This document shows, piece by piece, positions 58,608 to 64,000 of a stretch of DNA of 64,000 nt. The notes under the pieces were generated by a model that saw only the letters and a list, made by a program, of their open reading frames with translations, did no database searches and had not been told where the DNA came from. Source of the stretch: Candidatus Pseudomonas phytovorans (GTDB lineage: Bacteria > Pseudomonadota > Gammaproteobacteria > Pseudomonadales > Pseudomonadaceae); the NCBI GenBank assembly GCA_029202525.1, contig CP119325.1, forward strand, positions 5,809,258-5,873,257. Reading direction: 5' to 3'. The position numbers and the translations under genes are program-made. Numbering within the stretch: position 1 is the first letter of the stretch; each line of letters opens with the position of its first letter.

Positions 58608-59910
58608 GGCTGGAAAACTGCCCCACCACATCCACCACCCGCTTGGCCCCGTCCTGGATCTCGACAATCACGTTGCCCGTCTCGTCGGCCAGCGCCAGTC
58701 CCTGCTCCGCCTGGCGCTTGCTGGTATCGATGATCTCCACCGCCGCCTGCGCCAAGTGCTCGTTCTGCTTCACTACCCGGGCGATTTCCTCGGTGGCGGT
58801 GCTGGTGCGCGAGGCCAGTTGGCGCACTTCGTCGGCAACCACGGCAAAACCCCGCCCCTGCTCGCCCGCACGCGCTGCCTCGATGGCGGCGTTGAGCGCC
58901 AGCAAGTTGGTCTGCCCGGCAATGTCGCTGATGGTCTTGATGATCGAGCCGATCACCCGCGACTGTGTATCCAGCGCCTGGATGCCCTCGGCCGCCTCCT
59001 GCATCGAGGCTTCCAGGCCGCGCATCACGCTAACGGTCTGGGTGACCACATCGGTGGCCTTCTGGGCGCTGACATCGGTACCCAGCGAAGTGTTGTAGGC
59101 AACATCGGCTGCCTCGGCCACCGCCTGCTCCTGGTTGACCTGGTCGGTAATCACGGTGGCGAACTTGACCACTTTGTAGAGTACGTCGTGAGCGTCGAAA
59201 AGCGGATTGTAAGAGGCCTCCAGCCAGATGACCCGGCCATGGGCATCAATGCGCTTGAAGCGTTCGGCAATATACTCGCCACGGCGCAGTTTTTCCCAGA
59301 ACGCCTGGTAGCCGGCCGAGTTGGCCTCCTCCGGCTCGCAGAACATGCGGTGATGCTTGCCGCGAATCTGCTCCAGGCGGTAACCCACGCTGGCCAGGAA
59401 CCGCTCGTTGGCGGTGAGGATGGTGCCGTCGAGGGCAAACTCGATGACCGCGGTAGAGCGCATCAGCGCCTTGATCAGGCTTTCGTGCTCACGAGACGTC
59501 TCGATGGTGCGGGTCAGGTCGCTGGAGTGCAGCGTGAAGTACTTGATGCGCCCCTCGCTGTTCTTCACAGGTTGCAGGATCGACCGCAGCCAGGCTTCCT
59601 GGCCGTTGCCACGCAGCAGGCGGAAGGCGCCGTTCAGGTGCTCGCCACGGCTGATCGCGCTTTTCATGCGTTGGTAGAAATCCAGCGACTTCACATGGGC
59701 AGGGACGATGTCCTCGATGCTGCGTCCAAGCAATTGATCGGCACGGTAGAGCATTTCGCTCTCGAAGTTGCCGTTGACCATCTCGATCCGTCCCTGTGGG
59801 TCGAGCTGAAGTACCAGCATCTCGTTATCGAGACTACTCTTGACCTGTTCTACAGACATCAGGTCTTCGCGCAGCTGCCGGATTTCTTGCTTGAGCTTGC
59901 TGTTGAACAT
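58594..59910 (-). CDS. soluble methyl-accepting chemotaxis protein with tandem PAS domains
   Basis: ATG at 59910 ([16 protein letters not shown]...) with an AGGAG RBS. It has no TM segments, two PAS-like regions and the MCP signalling core ...[20 protein letters not shown]. Confidence 0.88.
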   Translation of the reverse strand: MFNSKLKQEIRQLREDLMSVEQVKSSLDNEMLVLQLDPQGRIEMVNGNFESEMLYRADQLLGRSIEDIVPAHVKSLDFYQRMKSAISRGEHLNGAFRLLRGNGQEAWLRSILQPVKNSEGRIKYFTLHSSDLTRTIETSREHESLIKALMRSTAVIEFALDGTILTANERFLASVGYRLEQIRGKHHRMFCEPEEANSAGYQAFWEKLRRGEYIAERFKRIDAHGRVIWLEASYNPLFDAHDVLYKVVKFATVITDQVNQEQAVAEAADVAYNTSLGTDVSAQKATDVVTQTVSVMRGLEASMQEAAEGIQALDTQSRVIGSIIKTISDIAGQTNLLALNAAIEAARAGEQGRGFAVVADEVRQLASRTSTATEEIARVVKQNEHLAQAAVEIIDTSKRQAEQGLALADETGNVIVEIQDGAKRVVDVVGQFSSRLGQ

Positions 59911-59950
59911 CACCGCACTCCTGGCGCGCATCGCCTAGTCGAATGCATCT

Positions 59951-59978
59951 TCATCGGCTGCCGGTTGCACCTTCTTGA
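59951..59978 (-). promoter_or_regulatory. possible sigma-28-type promoter of the PAS-MCP gene
   Basis: Minus strand reads TCAAG-N15-GCCGATGA. The -10 matches 7/8 and the spacing is one nt longer than at cheV. It lies ~40 nt upstream of the ATG. Confidence 0.3.
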
Positions 59979-60088
59979 GCACCGCGCAACGAAATATTCA
60001 TAAAGGCAACAGCGTCAGCGGTCAGGCGTCATCTGTACGTCACATTGCAGTCACATTGGCGCAACCCGGCAGGCGGAAACTTTTTGTC

Positions 60089-61285
60089 ATGAATACAGCC
60101 GCCCTACGCATTACCTTGGTCAGCGAAACTTTCCCACCCGAAATCAACGGCGTGGCCAACACCCTTGGCCGCCTCGGCGAAGGGCTGCGTCAGCGCGGCC
60201 ATGAGGTCGAGGTAGTACGCCCGCGTCAGGCCGGCGAAGCGCCAGTGCACAACGACCCACACCTGATGCTGTGCCGTGGCTGGGGCTTGCCCGGCTACCC
60301 AGGTTTGCAGTGGGGCGAGGTGTCGATGCACAAGTTGTTGCGCCGGTGGCGGCGGCAACGCCCGGATGTGTTGTACATCGCCACCGAAGGGCCGCTGGGG
60401 CTCAGCGCCCTGCGCGCGGCCAGGCGCCTGGGCATTGCGGTGGTCAGCGGTTTCCATACCAACTTCCCGCAATATTCCGGCCAGTACGGACTGGGTTTGC
60501 TGGCACGCCTGCTCACCCACTACCTGCGCTGGTTCCATCGCCGCACAGCAATTACCCTGGTGCCCAGTGTCAGCCAGCGCCTGGAACTTGAACGCCGTGG
60601 TTTCGAGCGCCTGGAGTTGCTGGCCCGGGGTGTCGATGCCTGCCTGTTCAACCCGTCCCGCCGCAGCCAGGCGTTGCGCGACAGCTGGGGGCTAGGCCCA
60701 GACGATATCGCCGTGCTGCAGGTGGGGCGACTGGCTGCAGAAAAGAACCTTGGCTTGCTGCAGCCTTGTCTTGCGGCGTTGCAGAAGACTTATCCACAGA
60801 AGCGCCTGCGACTTGTCGTGGTGGGTGACGGGCCGCAGCGTGCCGCGCTCCAACAGCAAATGCCGGATGCCATGTTCTGCGGCGCCCAGCGCGGCGAGGT
60901 GCTGGCCGAGCACTACGCCAGCGGTGACCTGTTCCTGTTCCCGAGCCTGACCGAAACCTTCGGCAATGTGGTGCTCGAAGCCATGGCCTCGGGGTTGGCG
61001 GTGGTGGCTTATGACGAGGCAGCCGCAGCGCAGCATATTCGCCACGGCCATAGTGGTGCGCTGGCCATGCCGGGGGACCAGGCCGCGTTTGTCGATGCGG
61101 CTTGCTGGCTGCTGGAAGAAGAGGAAACGTTGCGCCGGGTGCGCCTTAATGCACGACAACACGCCAGTCGTCAGGGTTGGCCGGCGATCGTCGAGGAGTT
61201 TGAGGGGTATTTGGGGGCCGCCCGGAACCAGGTTGTTGCTTCACCTGCAAATGCTGGCAGCATCGCACTCAAAACTCGAATCTGA
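60089..61285 (+). CDS. GT-B fold glycosyltransferase (family 1/4 type)
   Basis: ATG at 60089 (MNTAALRITLVSETFPPEINGVANTLGRL...). EX7E-type motif FPSLTETFGNVVLEAMASG. 398 aa. Confidence 0.85.
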   Translation: MNTAALRITLVSETFPPEINGVANTLGRLGEGLRQRGHEVEVVRPRQAGEAPVHNDPHLMLCRGWGLPGYPGLQWGEVSMHKLLRRWRRQRPDVLYIATEGPLGLSALRAARRLGIAVVSGFHTNFPQYSGQYGLGLLARLLTHYLRWFHRRTAITLVPSVSQRLELERRGFERLELLARGVDACLFNPSRRSQALRDSWGLGPDDIAVLQVGRLAAEKNLGLLQPCLAALQKTYPQKRLRLVVVGDGPQRAALQQQMPDAMFCGAQRGEVLAEHYASGDLFLFPSLTETFGNVVLEAMASGLAVVAYDEAAAAQHIRHGHSGALAMPGDQAAFVDAACWLLEEEETLRRVRLNARQHASRQGWPAIVEEFEGYLGAARNQVVASPANAGSIALKTRI

Positions 61286-61297
61286 AGGTTACGTGCC

Positions 61298-61386
61298 CCT
61301 GTGGGAGCGGGCGCGCCCGCGAAGAATCCAACGCGGTGCATGGCACCGGCTGCGCCGGTGTTCGCGGGCACGCCCGCTCCCACAGG
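61298..61386. repeat. REP doublet (head-to-head type) between convergent genes
   Basis: cctgtgggagcgggcgcgcccgcgaag...gttcgcgggcacgcccgctcccacagg. Confidence 0.9.
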
Positions 61387-61438
61387 GATCGCGCACGCTT
61401 TTTAAATTTTGCGCCAGGCAGTTGCTCCCACAGAAACT

Positions 61439-61921
61439 TCAGGCCAACGCTTTCTCGATGGCCTGCACCACTGCCGGATCATCCGGTGCCGTGCGCGGTG
61501 AGAAGCGCGCCAGCACACGCCCATCCTTGCCCACCAGAAACTTTTCGAAGTTCCAGCTGATGTCGCCAGGGAACTCAGCCCCCTCACCCGCCAGCAGGCG
61601 ATACAGTGAATGACGCTGCGGCCCGTTGACTTCCAGCTTGCCCCCCAGCGGGAAACTCACTCCGTAGTTCAGGCTGCAGAAGTCCTGGATTTCCTTTTCG
61701 CTGCCCGGCTCCTGCCCGGCAAACTGGTTACACGGCAGGCCAAGCACGTTGAAGCCCTTGTCCTTGTAAACCTGGTAGAGGTTTTCCAGGGCCTTGTATT
61801 GCGGCGTGAGACCACATTTGGAGGCAACGTTGACCACCAGCACCACTTGGCCCTTGAACGGTGCAAGGGGCAGTTCCCCGCCGTTCAGCGCGTCCAGTTT
61901 CAGGTCGTGAAATGCACTCAT
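61439..61921 (-). CDS. glutathione peroxidase
   Basis: 160 aa with VNVASKCGLTPQY (active-site Cys) and LGLPCNQFAGQEPG motifs. Confidence 0.92.
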   Translation of the reverse strand: MSAFHDLKLDALNGGELPLAPFKGQVVLVVNVASKCGLTPQYKALENLYQVYKDKGFNVLGLPCNQFAGQEPGSEKEIQDFCSLNYGVSFPLGGKLEVNGPQRHSLYRLLAGEGAEFPGDISWNFEKFLVGKDGRVLARFSPRTAPDDPAVVQAIEKALA

Positions 61922-62066
61922 GATGAAATCCCCTCTCAGGTTCCCGGTTGCCGCGCAGGCGAATTGCGCCCACTAAAAAGGCGCTCGTCCAAACCGTCCA
62001 CCTCCCGTAGGAAGGCAAATCGGCTTGCCCGAGCGCCTGGCGACTTTCTGAGCTTAGCGCAGAAAA

Positions 62067-62552
62067 TCAGTGGTGATGGCCACCTTCACCGTGGATGTGA
62101 CGGTGAGCGATTTCTTCTTCGCTGGCGTCACGCACCTCAACAACCTTGACCTGGAAGGTCAGGCGCTGGCCAGCCAGTGGGTGGTTGCCGTCAACGGTGA
62201 CGTCGTCGCCGTCGAGGTCGCGGATGGTGACGATCTGCATCTGGCCGTCCGGTGCCGAAGCGTGGAACTGCATACCCACTTCCAGCTCGTCCACGCCTTC
62301 GAACATGCTGCGGTTCAGGGTGCTTACCAGCTCGGCCAGGTATTCGCCGTAGGCGTCTTCCGGCTCGATGGAAACGTTCAGCTCGTCACCGGCCTGTTTG
62401 CCTTCCAGGGCTTTTTCCAGGCCCGGGATGATGTTGCCGGCACCGTGCAGGTAGACCAGCGGCGCGCCACCGGCGGAGCTGTCGATGGTCTCCCCGGCGT
62501 CGTTGGTCAGGGTATAGTCGATGGAGACAGCCTTGTTGGCGGCGATCAGCAT
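62067..62552 (-). CDS. slyD: FKBP-type peptidyl-prolyl isomerase SlyD
   Basis: ATG at 62552 (MLIAANKAVSIDYTLTNDAGE...). FKBP + IF domain and a His-rich tail HRHIHGEGGHHH. 161 aa. Confidence 0.9.
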   Translation of the reverse strand: MLIAANKAVSIDYTLTNDAGETIDSSAGGAPLVYLHGAGNIIPGLEKALEGKQAGDELNVSIEPEDAYGEYLAELVSTLNRSMFEGVDELEVGMQFHASAPDGQMQIVTIRDLDGDDVTVDGNHPLAGQRLTFQVKVVEVRDASEEEIAHRHIHGEGGHHH

Positions 62553-62853
62553 GGGGCAAGACCTTTTGCAAAAGTATGTAGAGCGGACAAGTGTAACCAA
62601 GCCATCGTCCGATTGCGAACGCACTGCGGACAAGCAACGGCCCATCAGTCGGATCACCGGCTTCCATCAGGACGAAGAAGGCCACTGGGTGGCCGAACTG
62701 TCCTGCGGCCATACCCAGCACCTGCGCCACCAACCGCCATGGCAGTCACGGCCCTGGGTGCTGGACCCGGCACAACGTGCGCAGCGCATCGGCCAGCCTT
62801 TTGCTTGCGGCTGGTGCGCACAAGGGGTCGATAGCGCTACCCTTGGCCGTTAA
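62551..62853 (+). CDS. DUF3565-domain protein (start uncertain)
   Basis: Conserved core ITGFHQDEEGHWVAELSCGHTQHLRHQPPWQSRPWV. The only in-frame starts are ATG 62551 (overlapping the slyD start on the other strand) and TTG 62566. Confidence 0.6.
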   Translation: MGQDLLQKYVERTSVTKPSSDCERTADKQRPISRITGFHQDEEGHWVAELSCGHTQHLRHQPPWQSRPWVLDPAQRAQRIGQPFACGWCAQGVDSATLGR

Positions 62854-62884
62854 TTTCTTGCACCGCTTATTTCGAGAAGCACGC

Positions 62885-64000
62885 ATGCAGACATTTTTCA
62901 TCGCGCCGACCGACTTCGGTGTCGGCCTGACGTCCATCAGCCTGGGCCTGGTGCGCACTCTGGAGCGCGCCGGCCTGAAGGTCGGTTTTTTCAAGCCGAT
63001 TGCCCAGCCCCACCCGGGTGACACCGGCCCCGAGCGCTCGACCGAACTGGTGGCGCGTACCCACGGCATCAAGCCACCCGTGCCACTGAGCCTGGCCCAG
63101 GTCGAGCGCATGCTCGGCGACGGCCAGCTGGACGAGCTGCTTGAAGCAATCATCCGCCTCTACCAGCAAGCCTGCGTCGGCAATGACGTGGTGGTGGTCG
63201 AGGGCATGGTGCCCACGCGCCACGCCAGCTACGCGGCGCGGGTCAACCTGCACCTGGCCAAAAGCCTGGATGCCGAGGTGATTCTGGTGTCGGCCCCGGA
63301 AAACGAAGTGCTCAGCGAATTGTCCGGACGGGTCGAACTGCAGGCCCAGATGTACGGCGGCCCACGCGATCCGAAGGTGCTTGGGGTAATCCTCAACAAG
63401 GTGCGCACCGAAGAAAGCATGGCGGACTTCGCCACTCGCCTGCGCGAGCACTCACCCCTGCTACGCGGCAACGACTTCCGCCTGCTGGGTTGCATTCCGT
63501 ACCAGCCCGAGCTGAACGCCCCACGCACCCGCGACGTGGCCGAACTGCTCGGCGCCCAGGTGCTCAATGCCGGCGACTACGAGCAGCGGCGCATGAGCAA
63601 GATCATCATCTGTGCACGCACCGTGGCCAATACGGTGCCGCTGCTGACCTCGGGTACCCTGGTGGTCACCCCGGGCGATCGCGACGACATCATCCTTGCC
63701 GTCAGCCTGGCAGCAATCAATGGCGTGCCGCTGGCCGGCCTGCTGCTGACCAGCGACAGCAAGCCCGACGCGCGCATCCTCGGCCTGTGCCGGGGCGCGC
63801 TGCAGGCAGGCCTGCCGATCCTGTCGGTCAGCACCGGCTCGTACGACACCGCCAACCAGCTTAACTCGCTGAACCGCGAAATCCCGATCGACGACCGTGA
63901 ACGCGCCGAGTTCATCACCGACTTCGTCGCCAGCCACCTGGATGCGGCCTGGCTGCACCAACGTTGCGGCACCCCGCGTGAAATGCGCCTGTCACCCGCT
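62885..64000 (+). CDS. pta: phosphate acetyltransferase, N-terminal 372 codons (runs off window)
   Basis: ATG at 62885: MQTFFIAPTDFGVGLTSISLGLVRTLERAGLKVGFFKPIAQP... parallels E. coli Pta. It stays in frame to 64000 (…REMRLSPA, cf. RRLSPPAF). Absent from the ORF track because no stop lies in the window. Confidence 0.92.
   Translation, partial: MQTFFIAPTDFGVGLTSISLGLVRTLERAGLKVGFFKPIAQPHPGDTGPERSTELVARTHGIKPPVPLSLAQVERMLGDGQLDELLEAIIRLYQQACVGNDVVVVEGMVPTRHASYAARVNLHLAKSLDAEVILVSAPENEVLSELSGRVELQAQMYGGPRDPKVLGVILNKVRTEESMADFATRLREHSPLLRGNDFRLLGCIPYQPELNAPRTRDVAELLGAQVLNAGDYEQRRMSKIIICARTVANTVPLLTSGTLVVTPGDRDDIILAVSLAAINGVPLAGLLLTSDSKPDARILGLCRGALQAGLPILSVSTGSYDTANQLNSLNREIPIDDRERAEFITDFVASHLDAAWLHQRCGTPREMRLSPA

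Overview
This is a 64-kb, high-GC chromosomal segment that reads as Pseudomonas putida-group core genome. The assignment rests on 35-bp REP palindromes of the GGCCTCTTCGCGGG...CCCGCTCCCACAGG type and on a gene order matching what I remember for KT2440 PP_0812 to PP_0774; no search was run. Gene order: cyoB'/cyoA, dsbB, hmp divergent from norR(fhpR), a 19.7-kb gene for a 6568-aa LapF-type repeat adhesin with its TolC/ABC/MFP type I secretion genes, cheV, two small translationally coupled genes, an MFP+RND efflux pair with a CusRS-class two-component system, a small secreted protein, an OprD-family porin, a GGDEF cyclase, a PA2169-family protein, DUF3820, fruBKA divergent from cra, a tatD-like gene, ampDE, DUF1631, nadC, trxB, cysZ, a soluble PAS-MCP, a glycosyltransferase, a glutathione peroxidase, slyD, DUF3565 and pta'. 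I saw no rRNA, tRNA, CRISPR, transposase, integrase or phage genes. I do not see a convincing undescribed multi-gene system here. The points most worth a second look are: (1) the adhesin's 5-domain (1287-bp) super-repeat, which carries a ~99.5 % identical tandem duplication and a sharp gene-conversion-like boundary; (2) a 272-bp MITE-like element with perfect 73-bp inverted arms just upstream of the efflux/two-component module; (3) a near-consensus sigma-54 promoter with IHF-like and UAS-like sites in front of a PA2169-family gene, with no activator gene nearby; (4) an AT-rich island downstream of hmp carrying a consensus Shine-Dalgarno, mirrored 13-codon mini-ORFs and a start-stop ORF. All coordinates and mismatch counts were derived by eye from the sequence and the ORF track.
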